Assembly (NCBI RefSeq): GCF_000195955.2
Contig: NC_000962.3
Location: forward strand, 1,020,001-1,052,000
Length of the DNA stretch: 32,000 nt
Direction of reading: 5' to 3'
From: Mycobacterium tuberculosis H37Rv
GTDB lineage: Bacteria; Actinomycetota; Actinomycetes; Mycobacteriales; Mycobacteriaceae
Shown piece by piece: positions 7,686 to 16,027 of this stretch (position 1 is its first letter; every line of letters starts with the position of its first letter). The notes under the pieces are model-generated. The model was not told the DNA's origin. It saw only the letters and a list, made by a program, of their open reading frames with translations, and ran no database searches. Made by a program: the position numbers and the translations under genes.

Positions 7686-9337
7686 TGATCGTCAGGATGC
7701 GTAGCTGCGCTCAGGCCGCGAAGGTGGCCGAGGCCACCGGTGGTGTGCAGCTGGCGGGCAAGCCGAAACCCGATGGGACACCGACGTTCTCCCGGTATGT
7801 GGAGATCGGCGTGGATTTTGAGGCGCACCGGCCGGTGGTGGAGTCGGTTTCGGTGCTGTTCGAGCTTTATGACGGCGACGCCAACAGTTATGCCGCGACC
7901 GGGGGGCCGGGTGCCCAACTGCCGTCGGGCTGGATGGTCACGGCGGCGAAATTCGAGGTCGAGTGGCCCGCCGACCCGCAGCGGGCGGGTTTGGTGCGTT
8001 CACATTTCGGCGCCCGCCGCAAAGCTTTCAACTGGGGCCTGGCCCAGGTGAAGGCCGACCTCGACGCCAAAGCCGCTGATCCGGCACATGAGTCGGTGGA
8101 CTGGGACTTGAAGTCGCTGCGATGGGCGTGGAACCGAGCCAAAGATGACGTGGCGCCGTGGTGGGCCGAGAATTCCAAGGAGTGCTACTCGTCGGGGTTG
8201 GCCGATCTGGCCCAGGGCCTGGCTAATTGGAAAGCTGGCAAGAACGGGACCCGCAAAGGCCGGCGGGTGGGCTTCCCGCGATTCAAATCCGGGCGGCGTG
8301 ATCCTGGCAGGGTGCGGTTCACCACCGGCACCATGCGCATAGAGGATGACCGGCGCACGATCACGGTCCCGGTGATCGGGCCGCTGCGGGCCAAGGAGAA
8401 CACCCGCCGGGTGCAACGCCACCTCGTGAGCGGGCGCGCGCAGATCCTGAACATGACCTTGTCGCAGCGGTGGGGCCGGTTATTCGTGGCGGTCTGCTAC
8501 GCGCTGCGCACCCCGACCACCAGATCACCGCTCACCCAGCCGACTGTGCGCGCCGGAATGGACCTGGGAGTCCGGACCCTGGCCACGGTCGCCACCCTCG
8601 ACACCGCCACCGGCGAGCAGACCATCATCGAATACCCAAACCCGGCCCCGCTCAAGGCGACACTCGTCGCCCGTCGCAGGGCCGGCCGAGAACTTTCCCG
8701 CCGCATCCCCGGCTCCCATGGGCATCGGGCAGTGAAAGCCAAGCTGGCCCGCCTGGATCGCCGGTGCGTGCACCTACGGCGGGAAGCAGCCCACCAGCTC
8801 ACCACCGAGTTGGCGGGCACCTATGGCCAGGTCGTGATCGAAGACCTCGACGTGGCCGCGATGAAACGCAGCATGCGCCGGCGGGCGTTTCGCCGATCGG
8901 TCTCCGATGCCGCAATGGGTTTGGTCGCGCCGCAGCTGGCTTACAAAACGGCCAAGTGCAGCGGCGTGCTGACGGTGGCGGACCGCTGGTTTGCCTCCAG
9001 CCAAATCCACCACGGCTGCACCAGCCCCGACGGCACACCGTGCCGGCTGCAAGGCAAGGGCCGCATCGACAAACACCTGCTCTGCCCTGTAACGGGCGAG
9101 GTAGTCGACCGCGACAGAAACGCTGCTTTGAATCTCCGTGACTGGCCGGATAACGCCAGTCGTGGTCCAGTCGGGACCACGGCCCCATCGGCACCCGGGC
9201 CAACCACCACGGTTGGTACAGGCCATGGCGCGGACACCGGATCATCCGGCGCCGGCGGAGCATCCGTAAGACCCCGCCCACGCAGGGCCGGACGCGGCGA
9301 GGCCAAAACCCAAACCCCGCAAGGGGACGCCGCATGA
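7682..9337 (+). CDS. tnpB: TnpB (OrfB_IS605/IS607 RuvC-like nuclease), Rv0922-like
   Basis: RuvC-I is GMDLGVRTLATVA, RuvC-II is VVIEDLDVAAMKR and RuvC-III is DRDRNAALNL, following a Cys-rich segment. The conserved TnpB core begins near MVTAAKFEV (ATG at 7934). The reading frame stays open back to 7682/7685, where it overlaps the tnpA stop, so the true start is uncertain. Confidence 0.88.
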   Translation: MMIVRMRSCAQAAKVAEATGGVQLAGKPKPDGTPTFSRYVEIGVDFEAHRPVVESVSVLFELYDGDANSYAATGGPGAQLPSGWMVTAAKFEVEWPADPQRAGLVRSHFGARRKAFNWGLAQVKADLDAKAADPAHESVDWDLKSLRWAWNRAKDDVAPWWAENSKECYSSGLADLAQGLANWKAGKNGTRKGRRVGFPRFKSGRRDPGRVRFTTGTMRIEDDRRTITVPVIGPLRAKENTRRVQRHLVSGRAQILNMTLSQRWGRLFVAVCYALRTPTTRSPLTQPTVRAGMDLGVRTLATVATLDTATGEQTIIEYPNPAPLKATLVARRRAGRELSRRIPGSHGHRAVKAKLARLDRRCVHLRREAAHQLTTELAGTYGQVVIEDLDVAAMKRSMRRRAFRRSVSDAAMGLVAPQLAYKTAKCSGVLTVADRWFASSQIHHGCTSPDGTPCRLQGKGRIDKHLLCPVTGEVVDRDRNAALNLRDWPDNASRGPVGTTAPSAPGPTTTVGTGHGADTGSSGAGGASVRPRPRRAGRGEAKTQTPQGDAA

Positions 9338-9367
9338 GAGTGCAACTAAAACACACTCAACGGCAAC
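9141..9367 (+). ncRNA. Candidate TnpB omega-RNA scaffold (3' end of tnpB to the IS right end)
   Basis: Positional expectation for a TnpB omega-RNA, plus perfect local stems: 9141..9146/9155..9160, 9161..9168/9174..9181 (8 bp), 9200..9205/9211..9216, 9237..9241/9245..9249, and 9315..9318/9323..9326 (GCAA loop) nested inside 9294..9299/9328..9333. There is no expression or covariation evidence. Confidence 0.35.
9346..9367 (+). repeat. IS1535-like right-end inverted repeat
   Basis: CTAAAACACACTCAAC (9346..9361) is the exact reverse complement of 7060..7075. The GGCAAC extension imperfectly matches 7053..7059. Confidence 0.75.
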
Positions 9368-9429
9368 GGTGTCGTCGGGATGCCAGCGCCGCCCACGCAT
9401 CTTCACTTGATCGAGATCGATCAGGTGAT

Positions 9430-9449
9430 CGGCCGCTCATTGGCGGCCG
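9430..9449 (-). terminator. GC-rich hairpin without a U-tract, possible I-shaped terminator after the mntH/Rv0923c unit
   Basis: CGGCCGC-TCATTG-GCGGCCG (7-bp stem, 6-nt loop) lies about 65 nt downstream of the Rv0923c-like stop. It sits between that gene and the IS right end. Confidence 0.25.
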
Positions 9450-9512
9450 CGGCATCATGCAGATGGTTGACGAGCTGCGTGCGGCCGCTTCCGGTCCAAA
9501 ATCGCCAGACAG

Positions 9513-10577
9513 CTACCAGGAACGGGCCGCAGTTACCAGGCCCTGTACCAGGGTAGCGGTGACCGGTGACATGCCGCCGACGCCGGGGAGGGTACTGCGT
9601 GGGCCCAGACCCCTTACCCGAATCGATAGTTCCAGCTGGGTCCCGCCGTCGCGGACCCGGTTGACCGGATTGTCTGGATGCAGGCCGCGGAGCTCCTCCG
9701 GGATGGCGGCCAGATCGGTGACTACCCGATAGCCGGGCAGCTGGATGTGCCGCGCGAGATGGGCGGCAAGCGCGCGGTTGCGGCCCCCGGCCAACAGCTG
9801 GGTGCTGCGCCCGATGCGGTCGTAGCCGTGCAGCGACACGGCGACGTCAACGTGGTCAAGGAATTCGGCGAGGCGCGCCGATTCCGCAGGGTCGAACCGG
9901 GCCGACGGCAGGTGGTGCGGGTAGTTGTCCGGATGACGCAGCAGGTACACCGAAGCGCCCGCAGCCTCGGCGGAGCGTTCGGCGATCAGGTCGGTCACCT
10001 GCTCCAGGCCGCCCCCGTGGATGGCGAGGAAGCCGAAGCGGGACCGCAGCTGGCTCGTCTCGATGACGCCGGGCTGGCTTAGCAACTCCGAAAGTGATTG
10101 TGGCGCAGGCCCAGATCTCGATGACGGTAACACTGGCAGGGGCCACCGCGCGGGGTCCCAGCGGTGCAGATAGTCGATCCAGCGTTGCGGCAGCCCGTGG
10201 TGTCGAGCGCCGTCGATGACGCGCGGTAGATAGCCCGGCCGCGGCCGGCCCGGCATCACCCGGTGGTCAATGTAGACCCAGGCCGGCAACGCTGTGTCGT
10301 CGGTGTGCACGGTCAACCGTTCGCGCCGGTAGCGCACCGGCACGCCTTCGGCGCTGTCCAACCTGACCAGGTCGCGCTCGGAGAGCTGCCATAGCACGCC
10401 ATGCACCTTGTTTCCGGCGAAGGGTTCGACGGTGGCCACGCCGCGCTGGTTGATCAGCCAGTTGTGATCGCTGAGCACTGCCGGCCGCGGAGCACCGGCG
10501 TCGGGACAGCGCGACGCCATCTGGTGGGCGCACAGGTTGGACCCGTAGGCGAAGTAGGGATGCCGGCGGTCCGGCAT
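9513..10577 (-). CDS. Fusion protein: N-terminal gamma-glutamylcyclotransferase-like (GGCT/AIG2) domain plus C-terminal poly-gamma-glutamate-hydrolase-like (PghP/DUF867) domain; Rv0923c-like
   Basis: The N-terminus carries the hallmark YFAYGSNL motif plus VHGVLWQL...LDSAEGV, parallel to human GGCT. The C-terminus (FLAIHGGGLEQVTDLIAE...HLPSARFDP...VAVSLHGY) fits the PghP/DUF867 zinc-hydrolase pattern. Confidence 0.8.
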   Translation of the reverse strand: MPDRRHPYFAYGSNLCAHQMASRCPDAGAPRPAVLSDHNWLINQRGVATVEPFAGNKVHGVLWQLSERDLVRLDSAEGVPVRYRRERLTVHTDDTALPAWVYIDHRVMPGRPRPGYLPRVIDGARHHGLPQRWIDYLHRWDPARWPLPVLPSSRSGPAPQSLSELLSQPGVIETSQLRSRFGFLAIHGGGLEQVTDLIAERSAEAAGASVYLLRHPDNYPHHLPSARFDPAESARLAEFLDHVDVAVSLHGYDRIGRSTQLLAGGRNRALAAHLARHIQLPGYRVVTDLAAIPEELRGLHPDNPVNRVRDGGTQLELSIRVRGLGPRSTLPGVGGMSPVTATLVQGLVTAARSW

Positions 10578-11864
10578 TCAGCCGGTCACCGTGAGATAGA
10601 TCAGCATCACGTTGAGCAGACTAACCATCACCGCGACCACCCAGCCAACCCAAGTCGTGGCGCGATGGTTGGTGTCGCCGCCCATCACCGCGGGGCTGCC
10701 GGTGAGTTTGACCAGTGGAAGTACCGCAAACGGAATACCGAACGACAGCACCACCTGTGAGAGCACCAATGTGCGGGTGGGGTCGAAGCCCAGCGTAAGT
10801 ATCGCCAACGCGGGGCCCAGCGTGATTAGGCGGCGCACCAGCATGGGAACGCTCCAGTGCAGCAGCCCCTGCATGATCATCGCGCCGGCGTAAGCACCCA
10901 CCGACGACGACGCCAAGCCGGACGCCAGCAACCCGACCGCGAAGAGCACCGCGATCGTCGCCCCCAAGGTGTCGTGGACGGCGTGGTAGGCGCCTTCGAT
11001 CGAGGCGGTGTCCCCACGGCCCCGCATGTTCAGCGCGGCAACCAGCAGCATCGCGGCGTTTACCCCGCCGGCTATCAGCATCGCCAGGCCGACATCCCAG
11101 CGGGTGACGCGCAGCAGCCGGCGCCGCTGAGGGCCCGGATCGGGATGCCCGTGCCGGTCGCGCGCGAGACCTGAATGCAGGTAGACGGCGTGCGGCATGA
11201 CGGTCGCCCCCATGATCGCCGCGGCCAAAAGAACGCTCTCGGTTCCCTGAAAGCGCGGTGCCAAACCGCCGAGGACCGCATTGGGGGGTGGTGTCACGAC
11301 GAAGAAACTGGCGGTGAAGCCGATGGCAATCACCAGCAGCAAGGCGGTGATGACGCGCTCGAACAAACGTTGACCGCGCCGATCCTGGATCGTCAGCAGC
11401 AGCAGCGAGACCACCCCGGTGATGATCCCGCCGATCGGCAGCGGCAGGTTGAACATGATCCGCAATGCGATAGCTCCGCCGATCACTTCGGCCACATCGG
11501 TTGCCATCGCGACGATCTCGGCCTGTGCCCAGTAGGCCAGCCGGGCCGGGCGTCCCATTCGCTTGCCGATCGCTTCCGGCAGTGAGCGTCCGGTCACCAG
11601 CCCGAGCTTTGCCGACAGGTACTGCACCAGGGCGGCCATCACGTTGGCGGCGACGATCACCCATAACAACAGGTAGCCGAACTGGGCGCCGGAGCTGACG
11701 TTGGCTGCCACGTTCCCGGGGTCGACGTAGGCGATGGCCGCGACAAAGGCTGGCCCGAGCAGATACCAGCTCGTCTTCAGGGAAGTCCGGGTGTCCTGGG
11801 CCAACTCACCGACTTTCGATCCACGCGAACAAAGATGCGAGAGTAACCGAAATTCGCCCGCCAC
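10578..11864 (-). CDS. mntH: NRAMP-family divalent metal (Mn2+/Fe2+):H+ symporter
   Basis: Polytopic membrane protein with the NRAMP signature AYVDPGNVAAN. The TTG at 11867 and the GTG at 11864 are both possible starts. The TGA stop is immediately followed by the next gene's ATG. Confidence 0.92.
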   Translation of the reverse strand: MAGEFRLLSHLCSRGSKVGELAQDTRTSLKTSWYLLGPAFVAAIAYVDPGNVAANVSSGAQFGYLLLWVIVAANVMAALVQYLSAKLGLVTGRSLPEAIGKRMGRPARLAYWAQAEIVAMATDVAEVIGGAIALRIMFNLPLPIGGIITGVVSLLLLTIQDRRGQRLFERVITALLLVIAIGFTASFFVVTPPPNAVLGGLAPRFQGTESVLLAAAIMGATVMPHAVYLHSGLARDRHGHPDPGPQRRRLLRVTRWDVGLAMLIAGGVNAAMLLVAALNMRGRGDTASIEGAYHAVHDTLGATIAVLFAVGLLASGLASSSVGAYAGAMIMQGLLHWSVPMLVRRLITLGPALAILTLGFDPTRTLVLSQVVLSFGIPFAVLPLVKLTGSPAVMGGDTNHRATTWVGWVVAVMVSLLNVMLIYLTVTG

Positions 11865-11895
11865 CAACCACCGGGCTACTCGGGACCTCCGCTGG

Positions 11896-12633
11896 CTATC
11901 GGTAGTCGGGGTTGGCGAAGTCCGGCCGGCAGCCGGCGTCCCACTTGGTGCGTTGATTGCCGTAGGCCGGGATGCCGCCGGCGACCCGCAACATCTGCGC
12001 GATGTGCATCAGATTGAACGTCATGAATGTGGTGTTGCGGTTGGTGAAGTCGTTCTCTGGACCGCCGGATCCGGGGTCGAGATACGACGGTCCCGGCCCC
12101 GCTTCACCGATCCAGCCGGCATCCGCTTGCGGCGGGATGGTGTATCCCAGGTGTTGCAGGCTATAGAGCACATTCATCGCGCAATGCTTGACGCCGTCCT
12201 CGTTTCCGGTAATGAGGCAACCACCGGCGCGGCCGTAGTAGGCGTACTGTCCATCCTCGTTGAGCAGGCTCGAGCATGCGTACAGGCGCTCGATAACCCG
12301 TTTCATCACCGAGCTGTTGTCGCCCAGCCAGATCGGCCCGCACAGCACCAGGATGTGCGCATCGAGGACACGCCGATACAGGGCGGGCCATTCGTCGGTC
12401 GCCCAACCGTGTTCGGTCATGTCCGGCCATACGCCGGTCGCTATGTCATGGTCAACTGCGCGCAGAGTGTCGACCTGGACGCCATGCTCACGCATGATCC
12501 CCGAGCTGCGCTCAATGAGCCCGTCGGTATGGCTGAGCTCTGGCGAGCGCTTCAGTGTCGCGTTGATGAACAGCGCACGCAGCCCGTCGAATCGGGGTGG
12601 GGCCGCGGCGTTCTGGTCAGAGGTTGTGGTCAT
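11896..12633 (-). CDS. Flavodoxin-like fold NAD(P)H-dependent FMN reductase/quinone reductase family protein (Rv0925c-like)
   Basis: 245 aa. ALFINATLKRSPELSHT...ILVLCGPIWLG is typical of the NADPH-dependent FMN reductase fold. Confidence 0.75.
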   Translation of the reverse strand: MTTTSDQNAAAPPRFDGLRALFINATLKRSPELSHTDGLIERSSGIMREHGVQVDTLRAVDHDIATGVWPDMTEHGWATDEWPALYRRVLDAHILVLCGPIWLGDNSSVMKRVIERLYACSSLLNEDGQYAYYGRAGGCLITGNEDGVKHCAMNVLYSLQHLGYTIPPQADAGWIGEAGPGPSYLDPGSGGPENDFTNRNTTFMTFNLMHIAQMLRVAGGIPAYGNQRTKWDAGCRPDFANPDYR

Positions 12634-12709
12634 ACGTCATACCCACCTGCCTGTCATCGTCGTGCCGGGTTGCCGCTGGGCGGCGGTGCTGGTGCCAAGA
12701 AATGACCGA

Positions 12710-13786
12710 TCAGGCAGCAGCGTACCGCCCTTCACCGGTGATCAGGGGTAGGTCGAGGGTTGTCCGGATACCCGGTTCGGCGGCCACCACTGCAGGGATC
12801 GCGTTGACGATGCGCATCGCGGTGGCGACCAGTCCGGCGTGGTTGTGGTCCCCGTGGCGGCTGCTCAGGCAGATGTCCATGGCGTAGCAGGGCTCGCCGG
12901 AGATTTCGATGCGGTACGAGCCGCCCGGCTGGGCGGGCTGCGGCCACTCGGGACATAGGTCCGCGCGCAACCGGGTCACGTGTTCCAGGACTACCGCTGG
13001 CACGCCGTCGACCAGGCCGAGCACCTCGAAGCGCAGGGCGGCGGCGCTGCCCTTAGGAATATGGCCCGATGCAATGTTGAAGGCCTCCGGCGCCGGCTCC
13101 CGGACATACATTTCCTCGACCCCGTCAAGTGAAATGCCAAGGCCCGCAGCAAGTTGTCGGACCACTGATCCCCAGGCCAGGCTGAGCACACCTGGCTGCA
13201 GCAGCATCGGGATCTGGTCCATCGGCTTACCGAAGCCCATCACGTCGAACATGACTACGGCGCTGTCATAGGTGGCGTAGTCGACGATCTCCATGCAGCG
13301 TATCTGCTCGATGCTTTCACAGGTGCCGGCCAACGCCATCGGCAACAGGTCGTTGGCGAAACCCGGATCGATGCCGTTCACGTACAGACTTGAATTTCCT
13401 GCGCGCGCAGCGTCTTGCAAAGGCTTGATGATCTCGTCGGGGATCACCTGCCACGGATATTGCAAGAACACCGGGCCGCTGCCGACGATATTGATCCCTG
13501 CCGCCAAGATTCGGCGGTAGTCTTCCAGCGCCTCGGGCAGCCGATTGTCGGCCATCGCGTTGTAGACGGCGCACCGCGGCCCGGTGGCGAGCACGGCGTT
13601 CAGATCGGTGCTGGCCCGCACACCCGTCGAATCCGCCAGCCCGGCAAGCTCTGCCGCATCCTTGCCGGCTTTGGCGTCCGATGACACCCAGACACCGGTG
13701 AGCTCGAACTCCGGGTCGGCGATGAGCGCACGCAACGAGTGCACGCCAACGTTGCCGGTGCCCAATTGAACGACGGGTATGGCCAT
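12710..13786 (-). CDS. DapB-N-like NAD(P)-binding oxidoreductase, 2,4-diaminopentanoate dehydrogenase / native amine dehydrogenase-like family (Rv0926c-like)
   Basis: 358 aa. The N-terminal Rossmann motif VVQLGTGNVGVHSLRALIADPEFELTGVWV and the overall layout resemble that family. The functional call is by pattern only. Confidence 0.7.
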   Translation of the reverse strand: MAIPVVQLGTGNVGVHSLRALIADPEFELTGVWVSSDAKAGKDAAELAGLADSTGVRASTDLNAVLATGPRCAVYNAMADNRLPEALEDYRRILAAGINIVGSGPVFLQYPWQVIPDEIIKPLQDAARAGNSSLYVNGIDPGFANDLLPMALAGTCESIEQIRCMEIVDYATYDSAVVMFDVMGFGKPMDQIPMLLQPGVLSLAWGSVVRQLAAGLGISLDGVEEMYVREPAPEAFNIASGHIPKGSAAALRFEVLGLVDGVPAVVLEHVTRLRADLCPEWPQPAQPGGSYRIEISGEPCYAMDICLSSRHGDHNHAGLVATAMRIVNAIPAVVAAEPGIRTTLDLPLITGEGRYAAA

Positions 13787-13839
13787 GGCGGGCTCCTTAG
13801 CGGTAGGGGTCAGACTGCGACTGCTCGCGCATCATCGGT

Positions 13840-14631
13840 TCACAGGTCCGGAATGGGAAGGTCGAGATTGGGGAAGGTGAGTCCGCCGTCGACCTCCAAC
13901 GTCTTGCCGGTCAGGAAGCTGCCCGCCGGAGAGGCCAAATACACTGCCGCAGCTGCAATGTCGACGGGGTCACCGAGCCGGCGCAGTGGTGTCGCCTGCT
14001 CCATCGGCGCACGCAGCTCGTCGTTGGCGGCTACCACCTCCAGCGCCGAGGTCAGGATGGAACCCGGCGCGATCGCATTGACCCGGACGCGTGGGCACAG
14101 GTCCAGCGCCGCCAGCCGGGTGTAGTGGGCCAGTGCGGCCTTGGCGGTGCCGTAGGCGGCGAAACCCCGCGCCGCCAGCCGGCCCATGGTGGAGCTGATG
14201 TTGATCACGCTGCCGCCGCCGGAGTGTTCCAGCATCAACGGCACCGCCGCGACGGTCAGCGCGTGGGCGGTGCCCACGTTGAAGGCGAAGGCGTCCGCGA
14301 GGTCCTTGGTCGAGGTGCTTAGCAGCGTGTTGGGCATGGTGCCGCCAACGTTGTTGACGACGATGTCGAGCTTCCCGAAAGCTCCGACGGCCTGACCAGC
14401 CAGCTGCGCGGTCACCTCGGGATGGGCCAGATCGGCGGCAACGGTGTGGGCGCGGCGGCCGGCAGCGCGGATCTGTTCGGCGACAGCGTCAAGCTCGGAT
14501 GATGTTCGTGAAGCGATGAGGACATCCGCGCCGGCCTGGGCGAAAGCCAATGCGATGGCTGCTCCCAGGCCGCGGCCGCCGCCGGTGATGACGGCAACCT
14601 TGTCGTCAAGACGGAACATATCCAGGATCAT
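13840..14631 (-). CDS. Short-chain dehydrogenase/reductase (SDR), Rv0927c-like
   Basis: Cofactor motif [16 protein letters not shown] and active-site YGTAKAA (YxxxK). The start is set at the ATG at 14631 ([11 protein letters not shown]). The ORF-track start at 14736 adds 35 non-SDR residues. Confidence 0.88.
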
Positions 14632-14902
14632 GGCGCCCTCTTTTCCGGCTGTCGGCCGAAACGGTAACAAGCTTGCTGCAGCTTCCTGTGACTGCTCCCG
14701 AAACCTGGGGGTGTGCCTGCTGTGTATGCACGGCATACGGACATCCTTCCCCTGAGACCCGCGGTCGAACCAGCCACGTGTCCATCATCAGGGGTCAACC
14801 CCGGCCAAGGGCGACGGCACGCCAAGTTCGCCGACCGTTAACCTAGTGCTGTTAGCTTCATTTGCTGCGAGCAAAACAGCTGGTCGGCCGTTAGGAACTG
14901 AA

Positions 14903-16015
14903 TTGAAACTCAACCGATTTGGTGCCGCCGTAGGTGTCCTGGCTGCGGGTGCGCTGGTGTTGTCCGCGTGTGGTAACGACGACAATGTGACCGGGGGAGG
15001 TGCAACCACTGGCCAGGCGTCGGCGAAGGTCGATTGCGGGGGGAAGAAGACACTCAAAGCCAGTGGGTCGACGGCGCAGGCCAACGCGATGACCCGCTTT
15101 GTCAACGTGTTCGAGCAGGCCTGCCCCGGCCAAACCCTGAACTACACGGCCAATGGTTCGGGCGCTGGAATCAGCGAATTTAATGGCAACCAAACCGATT
15201 TCGGTGGCTCAGATGTACCCCTGAGCAAGGACGAGGCCGCAGCGGCGCAGCGGCGTTGCGGCTCGCCGGCGTGGAATCTGCCGGTGGTGTTCGGCCCGAT
15301 CGCGGTTACCTACAACCTCAACAGCGTTTCCTCGCTAAATTTGGACGGCCCCACGTTGGCGAAGATCTTCAACGGCTCCATTACGCAGTGGAACAATCCC
15401 GCGATCCAGGCGCTGAACCGCGACTTCACGCTGCCAGGTGAGCGGATTCACGTGGTGTTCCGCAGCGATGAGTCGGGGACCACGGACAACTTCCAGAGGT
15501 ACCTGCAGGCCGCGTCCAACGGTGCGTGGGGTAAGGGCGCTGGAAAGTCGTTCCAAGGCGGCGTCGGTGAGGGCGCGCGGGGTAACGATGGCACGTCAGC
15601 GGCCGCGAAGAACACCCCGGGGTCGATCACCTACAACGAGTGGTCGTTCGCCCAGGCGCAGCACCTGACCATGGCCAACATCGTCACTTCGGCTGGTGGG
15701 GACCCGGTGGCGATTACTATCGACTCGGTCGGCCAGACGATCGCCGGGGCCACCATCTCCGGGGTGGGCAACGACCTGGTGCTCGACACGGACTCGTTCT
15801 ACCGGCCGAAGCGTCCCGGCTCCTATCCGATCGTGTTAGCGACATACGAAATCGTTTGCTCGAAGTATCCCGACTCGCAGGTTGGCACGGCTGTGAAGGC
15901 GTTCCTGCAGAGCACTATCGGCGCCGGTCAAAGCGGCCTGGGGGACAACGGATACATCCCAATTCCGGACGAGTTCAAATCGAGGCTGTCGACTGCGGTC
16001 AACGCGATCGCCTGA
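14903..16015 (+). CDS. pstS3: Phosphate-binding lipoprotein PstS3
   Basis: TTG start at 14903 preceded by AGGAA. The signal peptide has the lipobox LVLSAC. The PstS-type periplasmic binding protein body includes SGSTAQ and GSGAGI motifs. Confidence 0.9.
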   Translation: MKLNRFGAAVGVLAAGALVLSACGNDDNVTGGGATTGQASAKVDCGGKKTLKASGSTAQANAMTRFVNVFEQACPGQTLNYTANGSGAGISEFNGNQTDFGGSDVPLSKDEAAAAQRRCGSPAWNLPVVFGPIAVTYNLNSVSSLNLDGPTLAKIFNGSITQWNNPAIQALNRDFTLPGERIHVVFRSDESGTTDNFQRYLQAASNGAWGKGAGKSFQGGVGEGARGNDGTSAAAKNTPGSITYNEWSFAQAQHLTMANIVTSAGGDPVAITIDSVGQTIAGATISGVGNDLVLDTDSFYRPKRPGSYPIVLATYEIVCSKYPDSQVGTAVKAFLQSTIGAGQSGLGDNGYIPIPDEFKSRLSTAVNAIA

Positions 16016-16027
16016 TCTGAGGTTGAC

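Larger units (their letters stand above)
7053..9367 (+). mobile_element. IS607-family insertion sequence (IS1535-like): serine-recombinase tnpA plus tnpB
   Basis: The two-gene tnpA(Ser)/tnpB organisation has overlapping stop and start codons. It is bounded by a 16-bp perfect inverted repeat (7060..7075 and 9346..9361) that extends to an imperfect 22/23-bp repeat (7053..7075 and 9346..9367). The exact ends are uncertain by a few bp. Confidence 0.8.

Noticed and set aside
8470-9141. 223-codon alternative-frame ORF inside tnpB, plus several antisense ORFs (8497..9356)
   Set aside because: The products are Pro/Arg/Gly-rich. The tnpB frame carries all conserved RuvC motifs, so these are high-GC frame artefacts.
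10621-11664. 347-codon minus-strand ORF in an alternative frame inside mntH
   Set aside because: It is extremely Arg/Gly/Asp-rich with no domain-like sequence. The overlapping frame encodes a canonical NRAMP transporter.
11734-12705. 323-codon plus-strand ORF antisense to the flavin reductase gene
   Set aside because: It has no recognisable motifs. The opposite strand has a well-formed flavodoxin-fold protein with a sensible start and stop.
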